From contig PDPG01000041.1 of assembly GCA_002747455.1 (NCBI GenBank), forward strand, positions 14,980 through 78,979: 64,000 nucleotides of DNA. Direction: 5' to 3'. Every line of letters begins with the position of its first letter. Position 1 is the first letter of the stretch. Shown here piece by piece: positions 54,045 through 63,840 of this stretch. The DNA is from Pseudomonadota bacterium. GTDB taxonomy: Bacteria; Pseudomonadota; Gammaproteobacteria; Thiotrichales; Thiotrichaceae. The notes under the pieces were generated by a model, which was not told the origin of the DNA, did no database searches, and worked only from the letters and a program-made list of their open reading frames with translations. A program made the position numbers and the translations under genes.

Positions 54045-54338
54045 ATGGAATGTGCAATGCAAAGGTTAAGAATAGATCAAGATATTAAGCCTCTCTCGGA
54101 AGTTCGAACCGGGATTGCGTCATTTATAAAACAAGTTCATGACACCAAAAGACCTGTTGTTATTACCCAACACGGAAAAGGGGTCGCAGTCCTTTTGGAT
54201 GTCAACGAATATGAATCAATGCAAGAAAGAATAGAGCTTTTAACAGACATACAAACGTCGATCAACCAGATAGACAATGGAGAGGGCGTTGGACACGATG
54301 AAGCAAAAGAAATGGTGATGCAACGGATTTCTCAATGA
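54045..54338 (+). CDS. Phd/YefM family antitoxin
   Basis: IKPLSEVR..KRPVVITQHGKGVAVLL; ATGA overlap with the toxin. Confidence 0.9.
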   Translation: MECAMQRLRIDQDIKPLSEVRTGIASFIKQVHDTKRPVVITQHGKGVAVLLDVNEYESMQERIELLTDIQTSINQIDNGEGVGHDEAKEMVMQRISQ

Positions 54339-54631
54339 AAATAATCTGGTCTCCTTTGGCTGTCGATAGAGTAGCCGAAATTGCAAATTACATCGCGACA
54401 GATAAACCAACCGCCGCTGAAAAATGGGTAGACGGGGTATTTTCAAAAGCTGAAAACTTAACATCGTTTCCCAAATCAGGAAGAATTGTTCCCGAATTAA
54501 ATAAAGCTCAATATCGAGAAATTATCTATGGAAATTACAGAATAGTGTATCGGATTGAAGAAGAACAAATATCCATTCTGACCGTTCGTCACGGCAAACA
54601 ATTGCTGCCAATTGAAGAAATCTTGACATAA
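54335..54631 (+). CDS. RelE/ParE family toxin
   Basis: MKIIWSPLA..FPKSGRIVPE..YREIIYGNYRIVYRI..ILTVRHGKQ. Confidence 0.9.
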   Translation: MKIIWSPLAVDRVAEIANYIATDKPTAAEKWVDGVFSKAENLTSFPKSGRIVPELNKAQYREIIYGNYRIVYRIEEEQISILTVRHGKQLLPIEEILT

Positions 54632-54780
54632 ACAAGGTAGGCAGCAAGTAAGTAACCCTTCACGGGGTTGTATTTAGAACATAGGGCGGTGCGGTGGGTT
54701 AAACCATCAAAAGGCGATGACTGGCTGGGACCAACACCCTGCATGCAACTCCACGCAGGATGCTTTGCCGAAGCAACGAA

Positions 54781-55653
54781 TCAAGAAACCCCAGCCTGAT
54801 TCTTGGCTGCACGCACCGTGTTATACATCAGACAGGCAATCGTCATTGGCCCCACGCCACCCGGCACCGGCGTAATTGCACCAGCAACATCTTTGGCAGC
54901 ATCAAAATCCACATCACCCACCAAACGATTTTTACCCAACGCTTCATCGTAAATACGGTTAATCCCCACATCAATCACTGTGGCCCCAGGTTTTATCCAT
55001 TCACCCTGGATAAAGTGAGGAATACCAACGGCCGCGACCAAAATATCCGCCCCCTGACACACAGATGGCAAGTCTTTGGTGCGTGAATGCGCGATAGTCA
55101 CAGTACAGTTTTGCTGTAATAACAACGCGGCCATTGGCTTGCCAACGATATTTGAGCGGCCAACCACCACGGCATTCATGCCGCTTAAATCACCCAGCTC
55201 GTCCTGTAACAACATCAAGGAACCCAGCGGCGTACAGGGCACCAGATTATTCTGACCGACGGATAAAGCCCCCACATTACTAATATGGAAGCCATCTACA
55301 TCTTTATCGGGATTAATGGCATTGATGACTGAATCACTGTTGATCTGTTTCGGTAAGGGCAGCTGCACCAAAATACCGTGCACCTCAGTATCATTGTTCA
55401 GTGTATCAATCAGGGACAGCAGTTCTTCTTCGGTTGTTGAAGCGTCCAGATGGTGCGAGCGTGAGTCAATACCTAATTGTGCGCAACGCTTCACTTTGGC
55501 ACCGACATACGTCGCACTTGCCGGGTCTTCGCCCACCAGCACGACAGCAATACAGGGGGATAACTGCTTATCTTGTTTCAATGAGACGATTTCATCGGCC
55601 AATGTCTCGCAAAGACGGTCAGCAAATGCTTTTCCATCAATTAATTTGCTCAT
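54781..55653 (-). CDS. folD: Methylene-THF dehydrogenase/cyclohydrolase
   Basis: [42 protein letters not shown]. Confidence 0.98.
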   Translation of the reverse strand: MSKLIDGKAFADRLCETLADEIVSLKQDKQLSPCIAVVLVGEDPASATYVGAKVKRCAQLGIDSRSHHLDASTTEEELLSLIDTLNNDTEVHGILVQLPLPKQINSDSVINAINPDKDVDGFHISNVGALSVGQNNLVPCTPLGSLMLLQDELGDLSGMNAVVVGRSNIVGKPMAALLLQQNCTVTIAHSRTKDLPSVCQGADILVAAVGIPHFIQGEWIKPGATVIDVGINRIYDEALGKNRLVGDVDFDAAKDVAGAITPVPGGVGPMTIACLMYNTVRAAKNQAGVS

Positions 55654-55707
55654 GGACTCTCTCCAACAGGGTATTTAAAAAATAGTTGAGCAATGATGAT
55701 GACACGC

Positions 55708-55721
55708 TTGATCGGTGTCAA
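55708..55721 (+). promoter_or_regulatory. FNR/Anr-like box upstream of the phosphotransferase-kinase gene
   Basis: TTGATCGGTGTCAA (reverse TTGACACCGATCAA), one mismatch to TTGAT-N4-ATCAA; weak -10-like TTAAAT at 55745-50. Confidence 0.5.
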
Positions 55722-55785
55722 TGCAATTAAGCGGGACGCTAGCGTTAAATGTGCTGATGAGTCGCAGACTATTACGGAAATTGTT

Positions 55786-57420
55786 ATGCCCCAAGCCGCG
55801 TCATCTACCCTCGCCCATCGTCTGATAGAATCCCTGCAACACGCTGCTGAAACCACGCATCCTGAGCAGATTCATCTACTGGAAACACACATTTCTCAGA
55901 TCATCCTGACAGGCGAGATTGCTTATAAGATCAAAAAGCCTGTCAACCTGGGATTTCTCGACTTTCGTACCTTGCAACAACGCAAATATTATTGTGAGGA
56001 GGAGCTGCGCCTTAATGCGCGTTTGGCGAAAGCACTCTATCTAGGGATTGTTACCATTAATGGTACGCCGGAAAAGCCCGTTATCAATGGTGAGGGGCCG
56101 GTCATTGAATACGCCATTCGTATGCGGCAATTTCCGCAGTCTGCACAACTGGATAACCGGCTGCAACAGGGCCTGTTGACCACTGAAAACATGGAAGCCT
56201 TGGGCGATATGCTGGCAGCGTTTCATCAGTCACTCCCCGCTGCAAACCATGAAATTGAATATGGTGATACAGCACATATCCTAAAAAATGTTGACGACAA
56301 TCTAACGGTACTTGCGGGCTATTTTTACGATGACGCACACAATACAAGCAAGCCGAACGGCGGCCTATCAGCTGAACAGCAAGCCTTGGCGCGCATCACG
56401 GACTGGGTAGAAACACAAAATGCTGCGCTAGAAGAAACCTTTATCCAGCGCAGACGTGATGGCTTTACCCGTGAGTGTCATGGCGACCTGCACTTGAAAA
56501 ATTTGATCTGGCTGGATGAGCAGCCCATTGCATTTGACTGTCTGGAGTTTGATGAGTCACTGCGCTGGATCGATGTGATGTGCGAAGTCGGTTTTTTGGT
56601 CATGGACTTAATGAGTCACCAGCAAAACACCCTCGCCTATGCATTTCTGAATCAATACCTGCAACACACCGGCGATTACGCTGGTCTGACCGTGCTGCCC
56701 TATTACATCAGCTATCGCGCAATGGTTCGAGCCAAGGTTGATACCCTACGCCACCAGCAAGCAGGTATCAGCCCACAGGAACTTAAAGTGGCGGATAGCG
56801 AACTACACAGTTATCTGGACTTGGCACTACACATCAGTGAGCCAAGACAACCGATGTTGATTATCACACGGGGTATGTCCGCTTCCGGCAAAAGTACCAT
56901 CAGCAAGCCACTGGCTGCGGAATTGGGTGCGATACGCATCCGCTCGGATGTTGAACGGAAACGACTTTATAAGCTGCAAGCTACTGATTCCGCTGCCAAT
57001 GACATCGGCACGGGTTTATATAGCCAAGCCATCAGCGCCCAAACTTATGACAAGCTATTGAGTCTTACAGAACAGGTTTTATCAGCGGGCTTTCATGTCA
57101 TTGTGGATGCAGTGTTTATGCACAAGGCGCAGCGCGAACTTTTTCAGAGGCTGGCCGAAACCAAGGGCTACCGCTTTGTCATTCTGGAATTTACTGCAAG
57201 CCCCGACACCTTGCGTGAGCGGATTGTTCACCGGGAAACAGGCGCATCGGATGCAGACTTACCCGTATTGGAACACCAGTTAAAACAGTGGCAAACGTTG
57301 GATAACGAGGAGCGCAAGCACCAGTTTGTGGTCAACACGGAAAGCCGCGCCGTACCACAAACACTGGCAAATCAACTGAGGCGACACCACCTTGTAACAG
57401 ACACGCCGTCTGCTCCCTAG
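55786..57420 (+). CDS. Aminoglycoside-phosphotransferase-like / P-loop (AAA_33, gluconate-kinase-like) fusion
   Basis: ETHISQI..AYKIKKPV.LGFLDF, RECHGDLHLKNL, FDCLEFDESLRWID; P-loop GMSASGKST, RSDVERKRL; likely ATG 55786. Confidence 0.88.
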   Translation: MPQAASSTLAHRLIESLQHAAETTHPEQIHLLETHISQIILTGEIAYKIKKPVNLGFLDFRTLQQRKYYCEEELRLNARLAKALYLGIVTINGTPEKPVINGEGPVIEYAIRMRQFPQSAQLDNRLQQGLLTTENMEALGDMLAAFHQSLPAANHEIEYGDTAHILKNVDDNLTVLAGYFYDDAHNTSKPNGGLSAEQQALARITDWVETQNAALEETFIQRRRDGFTRECHGDLHLKNLIWLDEQPIAFDCLEFDESLRWIDVMCEVGFLVMDLMSHQQNTLAYAFLNQYLQHTGDYAGLTVLPYYISYRAMVRAKVDTLRHQQAGISPQELKVADSELHSYLDLALHISEPRQPMLIITRGMSASGKSTISKPLAAELGAIRIRSDVERKRLYKLQATDSAANDIGTGLYSQAISAQTYDKLLSLTEQVLSAGFHVIVDAVFMHKAQRELFQRLAETKGYRFVILEFTASPDTLRERIVHRETGASDADLPVLEHQLKQWQTLDNEERKHQFVVNTESRAVPQTLANQLRRHHLVTDTPSAP

Positions 57421-57466
57421 CTCGGCGGGGGCAGTAAATACCTCGCCCAAACGCTGAATCACCTAC

Positions 57467-58318
57467 CTATGCTTTGGCGGGTAGCGGTACAGCCAGCACA
57501 TCGCAACGCGCATGTGAGGATACATAATTAGTCGTTGAGCCAACAAACGAGCCAATTCCCCGACGGCTACGCGTACCCAGCACGATCAAATCCACATTTT
57601 GCGCCTGTGCGTAGGACACGATACTGGCCATCGGCGATCCCAAAATCACCTGACCCTGCTCCTTCGGAACACCCAACTCCTCCAGCAAAGCATTCAGCTG
57701 CCTTTTGCCACTATCCACCAATGATTCCTGCAGCTCGGCAACATTTCCCGCAGCAACCCCCATGCCTAATGGCTGGTAGTAATAATCATTCAGCACCGCT
57801 TCATTCACGACATGCAACACCCGCAGATCCGCAGAAAAGTGGTCTGCAATTGACTTGGCACGGTGCGCAGCATAACGCGCGTTCCTGGAAAAATCCACGG
57901 ACACCAGCACACGCTTGTAATCCGTATCCTCAGCTTCTTCCAACATGGCTTTCAATAGCTGCTCACTGCGAAGCCAGTCCCACGCTTCATGCGCATTTTC
58001 TCTATCGAAATACTTCACTTCGCCATCAACAAACGGCTTGCCTAAATTAACCGCCCAACGCTCCCAGAGTTTATCCCCTACGATGGCAATTTTTTCAAAC
58101 TGATCTTGATGACTCAGGCCAAATTCAACATCTTCTTTCAGCACACCCAGCTCTGCGCCATCAAACTCATCCAACTCAATCAATAGGGAAATTTTTCCAT
58201 AACGCTTGATAAGACCTTCCAATTCGGGCAGAAAGTTGTGATATTCCTCATGGGTCAAACGCCCAGACACACGAATAGCAAAGATATTATCTTCTCTAAC
58301 GGGGATAAACTGAAACAT
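57467..58318 (-). CDS. SpoIIAA-like (STAS/SEC14) domain fused to a universal stress protein domain
   Basis: N-half AIRVSGRLTHEEY..FEKIAIVGD..VKYFDRENAHEAWDWL; C-half VLVSVDFS..DLIVLGTR..VGSTTNYVSSHARCDVLAV; AGGAG SD before ATG 58318. Confidence 0.88.
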   Translation of the reverse strand: MFQFIPVREDNIFAIRVSGRLTHEEYHNFLPELEGLIKRYGKISLLIELDEFDGAELGVLKEDVEFGLSHQDQFEKIAIVGDKLWERWAVNLGKPFVDGEVKYFDRENAHEAWDWLRSEQLLKAMLEEAEDTDYKRVLVSVDFSRNARYAAHRAKSIADHFSADLRVLHVVNEAVLNDYYYQPLGMGVAAGNVAELQESLVDSGKRQLNALLEELGVPKEQGQVILGSPMASIVSYAQAQNVDLIVLGTRSRRGIGSFVGSTTNYVSSHARCDVLAVPLPAKA

Positions 58319-58414
58319 TTGTCTACTCCTTAAATTATTGAGTGAGGCTGCCACTGACTCCGCCACGATACCCTGTGCGTCATCACACACATTTGAACTG
58401 GCCCCATCTGCGAT

Positions 58415-60220
58415 CTACTTCTGATAGTCCTCCACCGGAATACTTTCCAGTGGCTTGCCACCTTTAAGTGGGGGCGAATTACATTCTAAAAATACCCGAA
58501 GTTTACAAGACTGGCACTTCTCATGATCCAACGCAACGGTCGTAATTTTATTAATCGCTTCTTTCTTCCCCTCAAAGAAAAACCGCGCACCAATGTGTTC
58601 ATCAAAATGACCACGATGAATAAAGTTATTCACTTTTGGCTTTAGCTCCGCAAAATATAGCCCGCCGCCCTTTTGTTGTAAACGGTCAGACTCCTGCTCA
58701 ATCATCTCCGCGCCTGTCATATCAATAAAATTCACGGCCGTGCCAATCACCAGAATATGCTTAATGCCCTGTTTTTCACTAATGTAATGCAGACGGTTTT
58801 GAATATGATTCGCAGAGCCAAAATAAATCGACATATCAATGCGGATAATTTTTAGTTGTGGGCACTCTTTCAAATTGTTCCGGCGGGACTCTTTGATCAG
58901 TGTGGCCTTGCCTGTTTCAGGGTCATAATCCGATGCTAGGCTGATGACATCGGGAATAGAGGTTCGGGCCAAAAAAATCACCAGCGATAGCAGCACGCCC
59001 AGATAAATTGCAAACTCCAGCTCCAGAAATAGCGTAGCAAAAAAGGTGGTTAATAAAATGCTGCTTTCTGAACGACTGGTGGTAAAAATTTTGTGGATGG
59101 TTTCCCAATTTACCAAGCTGTACGCCACCAGTAAAATGATCCCCCCCATTGCGGCAGTTGGCAGGTAACGGGTTATCGGTGCAATCAGCAAAATAATTGC
59201 GGCCAAAATCACTGCGGCAAAGATGGCCGATAATGGCGTTTTCGCACCTGAGGCATAATTTACGCCAGAGCGGGTAAACGAGCCGGAGCCAGCGTAACTG
59301 GAGAAAAAGCTACCCACCACATTCGACATACCCTGCCCGAAAAATTCCTGATTGCCATCAATGCGTTGGTGTGATTTTGAAGCAATCGCACGACTAATCG
59401 ACACCGCCTCAATTAACCCCAATAAGGCCACAGCAAAGGCTTGTGGTGCCAAGGCTTTCATGCTCTGAAAGGAAAAATCAGGTGATGATAGTGGCGGTAA
59501 ATGAGCCGGAATCTCTGCCACAAACTCAATCCCCACCAGTTCGCCGCCCATTGCTAGTGCAGTCAGGCCACCAACAACCAGCGCAATCAACATATTGGGA
59601 AGTTTTGGTATAAAACGCTTAATCAAAATAGCCGTGAATAAAGTCACCATACTAACCGCAAAAATAGCCCAGTTAATCGATGGCAACTGATGGAAAATAT
59701 CAAACCATGTATGCAGAAAAGATTCTCCGCGCGGAACATCCACACCCAACACGTACTTCATCTGACTACTGGCAATCAGAATGGCCGCCCCTGCTGTAAA
59801 CCCAACCACTACTGTGTGCGAAACAAAGTTTACCAGAACCCCCAAACGCGCCACCGCAAACGCCAACTGATAGACACCGGCCAAAAACGTAATGGTCAGT
59901 GCATTTTGAATATAAGCATCACTCCCCGGCTCAACATCACCACCGCTTAGTGCCGCAAAAATAACAATGGAAATTGCCGTCGTCGGCCCTGAAATCAGAT
60001 GCAATGACGAACCAAACAACGCCGCGATAATGGGTGTTATCATCGCCGTGTATAAGCCGTATTCTGGCGGTAATCCGGCAATGGTCGCGAAGGCAACACC
60101 TTGTGGCAAGACAATCACAGCCCCCGTCAGGCCAGCCATAAAATCGGCTTTTAAAGTCTCTTTGGTCACGCCAGGCAGCCAAAACATGAACGGAAATAAA
60201 AAGTACAATAAGGAATTCAT
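58415..60220 (-). CDS. SulP family anion permease with STAS domain
   Basis: ADFMAGLTGAVIVLPQGVAFA, GLPPEYGLY, GSFTRS, C-terminal STAS (IIRIDMSIYFGS). Confidence 0.93.
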   Translation of the reverse strand: MNSLLYFLFPFMFWLPGVTKETLKADFMAGLTGAVIVLPQGVAFATIAGLPPEYGLYTAMITPIIAALFGSSLHLISGPTTAISIVIFAALSGGDVEPGSDAYIQNALTITFLAGVYQLAFAVARLGVLVNFVSHTVVVGFTAGAAILIASSQMKYVLGVDVPRGESFLHTWFDIFHQLPSINWAIFAVSMVTLFTAILIKRFIPKLPNMLIALVVGGLTALAMGGELVGIEFVAEIPAHLPPLSSPDFSFQSMKALAPQAFAVALLGLIEAVSISRAIASKSHQRIDGNQEFFGQGMSNVVGSFFSSYAGSGSFTRSGVNYASGAKTPLSAIFAAVILAAIILLIAPITRYLPTAAMGGIILLVAYSLVNWETIHKIFTTSRSESSILLTTFFATLFLELEFAIYLGVLLSLVIFLARTSIPDVISLASDYDPETGKATLIKESRRNNLKECPQLKIIRIDMSIYFGSANHIQNRLHYISEKQGIKHILVIGTAVNFIDMTGAEMIEQESDRLQQKGGGLYFAELKPKVNNFIHRGHFDEHIGARFFFEGKKEAINKITTVALDHEKCQSCKLRVFLECNSPPLKGGKPLESIPVEDYQK

Positions 60221-60351
60221 CGCGATCGTTTAGGGTACAGGTGCTAAAACTCCCCAAGTTTACGCCTGTTTCTTGTAAATAAGTTAATTTCAGACAAGTA
60301 TTTTTTACTAAAAAGGTCGATTAGGGGCTACGAATAAAGCTTATGACATTT

Positions 60352-60393
60352 TTGATATAGCTCAATGTCAGAATCATTTCCTCAGCGTACGAT
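60352..60393 (+). promoter_or_regulatory. Class II FNR/CRP-family promoter of the SLAC1/TDT gene
   Basis: TTGATATAGCTCAA at 60352-65 (one mismatch) and -10 TACGAT at 60388-93 place the box centre at -41.5 from an inferred +1 near 60400. Confidence 0.65.
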
Positions 60394-60426
60394 CGGTGCC
60401 CTTTTACTCATTCGCAGGTAAGTTAC

Positions 60427-61404
60427 ATGGATACCACTCAACAGGAAACCGAATCACGCCTGGCGTATATGCCCATTTCATTCTTTTCCATTGTCATGGG
60501 CTTGTCGGGGCTAACCATCGCTTGGCATAAAGCACAGCCTGTATTCGGCATGAATCTTGGCTTGATCAATATCATTCTACCCACATTAGTGTCGGCCATC
60601 TTCTTAGTATTGGCCTGGAGCTATACCCAAAAGATCATCCGGTTCCCGGAAAAAGTGGCCGGCGAGCTGAAGCATCCGGTAAAACTCAGTTTTTTCCCAA
60701 CGATTTCCATAAGCATCTTGCTGCTTTCCATCGTTTTCCTGTCAATCAGCCCCGCTATCGGGCGGGTACTCTGGGCAGTAGGTGCCACAGCGCACATTGG
60801 CTTCGTCCTTTATATTATCAGCACGTGGATGCACCAAGGCCACTTTCAGGTACAACACATTAATCCGGCCTGGTTCATCCCTGCGGTGGGTAATGTAATC
60901 GTGCCCATTGCTGGTGTTCCGCTGGGCTTTGTCGAACTATCATGGTTCTTCTTCAGCATTGGCATACTATTCTGGATTATTTTGATGACGATCGTGTTTT
61001 ATCGTCTCTTATTCCATGACCCCATCCCGACCCACATGCTGCCAACATTATTTATTTTGATTGCACCGCCTGCGGTCGGATTTGTATCTTATATGCGCCT
61101 GACAGGGGAATTGGATTCATTCGCCAGAATTTTGTATTTTTCCGGTCTGTTCCTGACATTACTCCTGTTCTCACAAGCCAAACGCTTCCTGAGATTGCCA
61201 TTTTTCTTGTCATGGTGGGCCTACTCGTTCCCTGTTGCTGCGATTACTATTGCCAGCATGGTGGTGTTTGAACACACACAAAAAACTGGTTTTATGTGGA
61301 TCGGCGGTCTGCTCTTAACCTTGCTAACCTGCCTGATCGGGCTATTACTGGTGCGTACCGCAATAGCAATTAAAAATCGGGAAATCTGCACTGACGCACA
61401 TTAA
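60427..61404 (+). CDS. SLAC1/TDT (TehA-like) anion channel
   Basis: PISFFSIVMGLSGL, NPAWFIPAVGN, TLFILIAPPAVG, FFLSWWAYSFP; about 10 TMs. Confidence 0.9.
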   Translation: MDTTQQETESRLAYMPISFFSIVMGLSGLTIAWHKAQPVFGMNLGLINIILPTLVSAIFLVLAWSYTQKIIRFPEKVAGELKHPVKLSFFPTISISILLLSIVFLSISPAIGRVLWAVGATAHIGFVLYIISTWMHQGHFQVQHINPAWFIPAVGNVIVPIAGVPLGFVELSWFFFSIGILFWIILMTIVFYRLLFHDPIPTHMLPTLFILIAPPAVGFVSYMRLTGELDSFARILYFSGLFLTLLLFSQAKRFLRLPFFLSWWAYSFPVAAITIASMVVFEHTQKTGFMWIGGLLLTLLTCLIGLLLVRTAIAIKNREICTDAH

Positions 61405-61425
61405 CGGCGACTCAAAACACGTTAC

Positions 61426-61463
61426 AAAAGGCGCATATCCCTAAACAAGGATGCGCCTTTTTT
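61426..61463 (+). terminator. Rho-independent terminator after the SLAC1 gene
   Basis: AAAAGGCGCAT..ATGCGCCTTTTTT. Confidence 0.8.
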
Positions 61464-61533
61464 AGTGATTGACGAGATAAATGCCAAGCTTCACACTCGC
61501 CCTATTCTCCATCATTGCGAGTGATCACAATTC

Positions 61534-63030
61534 ATGTCACATACCGTCAAACTGTCCCCTCTGATGATTCAGGGCTGCACCTCCGATGCTGGAAAATCGT
61601 ATCTAGCTGCCGGATTCTGCCGTCTTTATGCCAACCGGGGGATTCGTGTCGCACCATTTAAGGCGCAGAATATGTCGAATAATGCAGGCGTGACACCCGA
61701 TGGCGGTGAAATTGGCCGCGCACAATTACTCCAGGCACAAGCAGCGAGGCTCAGTCCCAGCGTTCACATGAATCCGGTGTTACTCAAACCGGAAGCCGAC
61801 TCACTGTCACAAGTCATTTTACTTGGTAAAGCTCAGCCACAACTCAAACAGATTCCTTGGCAAGCCCGTAAAGATTATCTTTGGAAAACGGTCAAAAGCA
61901 GCCTACAAAATATGCAGGATGACTATGAATTGCTGATTATCGAAGGTGCAGGCAGTCCCGCTGAAATTAATCTGCGCTCAGGCGATATTGTGAATATGCG
62001 CATTGCATTGGCAGCGCAGGCCAAGGTATTACTGGCTTCAGATATTGACCGTGGCGGTTCATTCGCTCACCTGCTGGGCACATGGCATTGCCTTGAAGAA
62101 AAAGAGCAACAGTGCATTGCCGGTTTTTTACTAAATAAGTTTCGGGGCGATGCCTCATTGCTGGGTAACGCGATGGAGTGGCTGGCTGGCAAAACTGACA
62201 TTCCCACACTAGGCATTGTGCCAATGCTGAATTTGCCGCTGCCGACAGAGGATGCGTATTCCCAGGAATCCAGCACTTCGCACTCCGGTATTACACAACA
62301 GGATAAGCTCGAAAGTACTGGCACATCCCCTGCCCCCAAAACTGCCATTATTCGCACACCCTATATGTCTAACTTTGATGAGTTTGATGCGCTATTCCAT
62401 GAGCCGCAAATTAGTGTCAGTTTTGTCGATCAGGTGCATGAATTAACAGACATTGAGGCCGTGATTATTCCCGGCTCCAAGCATGTCAGTGTGGACTTGG
62501 AGTTTTTAAAACAGAATGGCTTTGCCGCTCGACTACACCAACTAGCCTCACAAGGCGTACAAATTCTGGGCGTATGCGGCGGCATGCAAATACTCGGCAA
62601 AAGTTTGCGTGACCCGCACAATCTGGAAGGTGGCTACCACAGCCAAGGACTTGGACTATTGGCGATTGACACCACACTAGAGGCGGAAAAGACGACCCAG
62701 CAAACCACTGCGACCTTAATCGGTAGTGGCGCTCAAGTGACGGGCTATGAAATTCATCATGGAAAAACCCACGCAGATGCTGGTGTAAAACCTTATCTAA
62801 AAAACCAGCAAGGTGAAGTGATTGGTTATGTGCAGGGCAATATTGCGGGTATGTACGCACACGGCTTATTTGACAATGCCGTGTATCGACAAGAATTTTT
62901 ACAAAAACTAGGCATTCGTGCCCAAACAGGTGAATGGGCTGAACAAGTAGATGCCGCACTGGATACACTGGCGCTCCATTTAGAAAAGCATTGTGACATG
63001 GCTGCAATTGATCGGGCGATTGGGCTTTGA
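61534..63030 (+). CDS. cobQ: Cobyric acid synthase
   Basis: QGCTSDAGKS, PFKAQNMSNN, EGAGSPAEINL, DIDRGG, GVCGGMQILG, GYEIHHG, YAHGLFDN. Confidence 0.93.
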   Translation: MSHTVKLSPLMIQGCTSDAGKSYLAAGFCRLYANRGIRVAPFKAQNMSNNAGVTPDGGEIGRAQLLQAQAARLSPSVHMNPVLLKPEADSLSQVILLGKAQPQLKQIPWQARKDYLWKTVKSSLQNMQDDYELLIIEGAGSPAEINLRSGDIVNMRIALAAQAKVLLASDIDRGGSFAHLLGTWHCLEEKEQQCIAGFLLNKFRGDASLLGNAMEWLAGKTDIPTLGIVPMLNLPLPTEDAYSQESSTSHSGITQQDKLESTGTSPAPKTAIIRTPYMSNFDEFDALFHEPQISVSFVDQVHELTDIEAVIIPGSKHVSVDLEFLKQNGFAARLHQLASQGVQILGVCGGMQILGKSLRDPHNLEGGYHSQGLGLLAIDTTLEAEKTTQQTTATLIGSGAQVTGYEIHHGKTHADAGVKPYLKNQQGEVIGYVQGNIAGMYAHGLFDNAVYRQEFLQKLGIRAQTGEWAEQVDAALDTLALHLEKHCDMAAIDRAIGL

Positions 63031-63097
63031 GTGGTGTAACATCGCATATAGTAATTCACTAAAAGCATGAATCGTTATCAACCAAAGTCAATCACAA

Positions 63098-63141
63098 TAG
63101 ACTTTACACAAGACCACAGGTAAACTAGTCACCTAACTAGT
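63098..63141 (+). promoter_or_regulatory. Sigma70 promoter and operator of TA module 2
   Basis: TAGACT(63098)-17 bp-TAAACT(63121); palindromes ACTAGT at 63124 and 63136 within the direct repeat AACTAGTC. Confidence 0.6.
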
Positions 63142-63173
63142 CTTTTATCTTTTTTGATTGAGGAGTTTACACC

Positions 63174-63434
63174 ATGCAAAGTTGGCCAGTACAAGATGCA
63201 AAAGCACGCTTCAGTGAGTTTTTAGACACCTGCTTGTCAGATGGCCCTCAAGTGGTCTCTCGACGGGGGACAGAAACAGCCGTTTTAGTGTCACTCAGTG
63301 AGTGGAAGCGTTTGCAATCGGTGGCAAAACCATCACTGAAATCATTATTACTCAGCCCTGTCGGGCGCACAGATGACCTATACATTCCAAAACGTGGAAA
63401 TGCCCGCCGCCGTGTAGTGCAAGAAATAATCTGA
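63174..63434 (+). CDS. Phd/YefM family antitoxin
   Basis: WPVQDAKARFSEFL..GPQVVSRRG..AVLVS; GAGGAG SD. Confidence 0.9.
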   Translation: MQSWPVQDAKARFSEFLDTCLSDGPQVVSRRGTETAVLVSLSEWKRLQSVAKPSLKSLLLSPVGRTDDLYIPKRGNARRRVVQEII

Positions 63435-63435
63435 T

Positions 63436-63840
63436 ATGTATCTTGTTGATACCAATGTAGTTTCTGAATTGCGGCGAATCAAACCACACGGTGCTGTTGT
63501 GTCGTGGATTGAGTCAGTTAATGAGGCTGACCTATTCCTGTCTGCGGTAACCTTGGCAGAGATTCAGGCAGGTATTGAAATCACGCGTGAGCAAGACGAA
63601 GCGCGGGCGACAGAACTTGAGTTGTGGCTAAATGCTGTTGCAGAAAGCTACAACATCATCCCAATGGATGCTCGAACATTTCGCCTTTGGGCAAAGTTGA
63701 TGCATAGAAAATCAGACACACTTTACGAAGATGCCATGATCGCCGCCACTGCCAAAGTACATAATTTTTCGGTTGTGACTCGTAATGTCAGTGACTTTGT
63801 CGGCTTTGATGTTCCGATAGTCAATCCATTTGACGGTTAA
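63436..63840 (+). CDS. VapC (PIN domain) toxin
   Basis: YLVDTNVVSEL, SAVTLAEI, DAMIAATA, VTRNVSDF. Confidence 0.92.
   Translation: MYLVDTNVVSELRRIKPHGAVVSWIESVNEADLFLSAVTLAEIQAGIEITREQDEARATELELWLNAVAESYNIIPMDARTFRLWAKLMHRKSDTLYEDAMIAATAKVHNFSVVTRNVSDFVGFDVPIVNPFDG

Noticed and set aside
53940-54780. TA module 1 as an integron cassette
   Set aside because: ACATAAACAAGG after the toxin resembles an attC R'' start, but there is no complementary GTTRRRY at the cassette start, no convincing attC stem and no integrase.
54632-54780. tRNA or REP element downstream of folD
   Set aside because: No T-loop (GTTCRA) or cloverleaf; only a short AACCC/GGGTT hairpin seen once.
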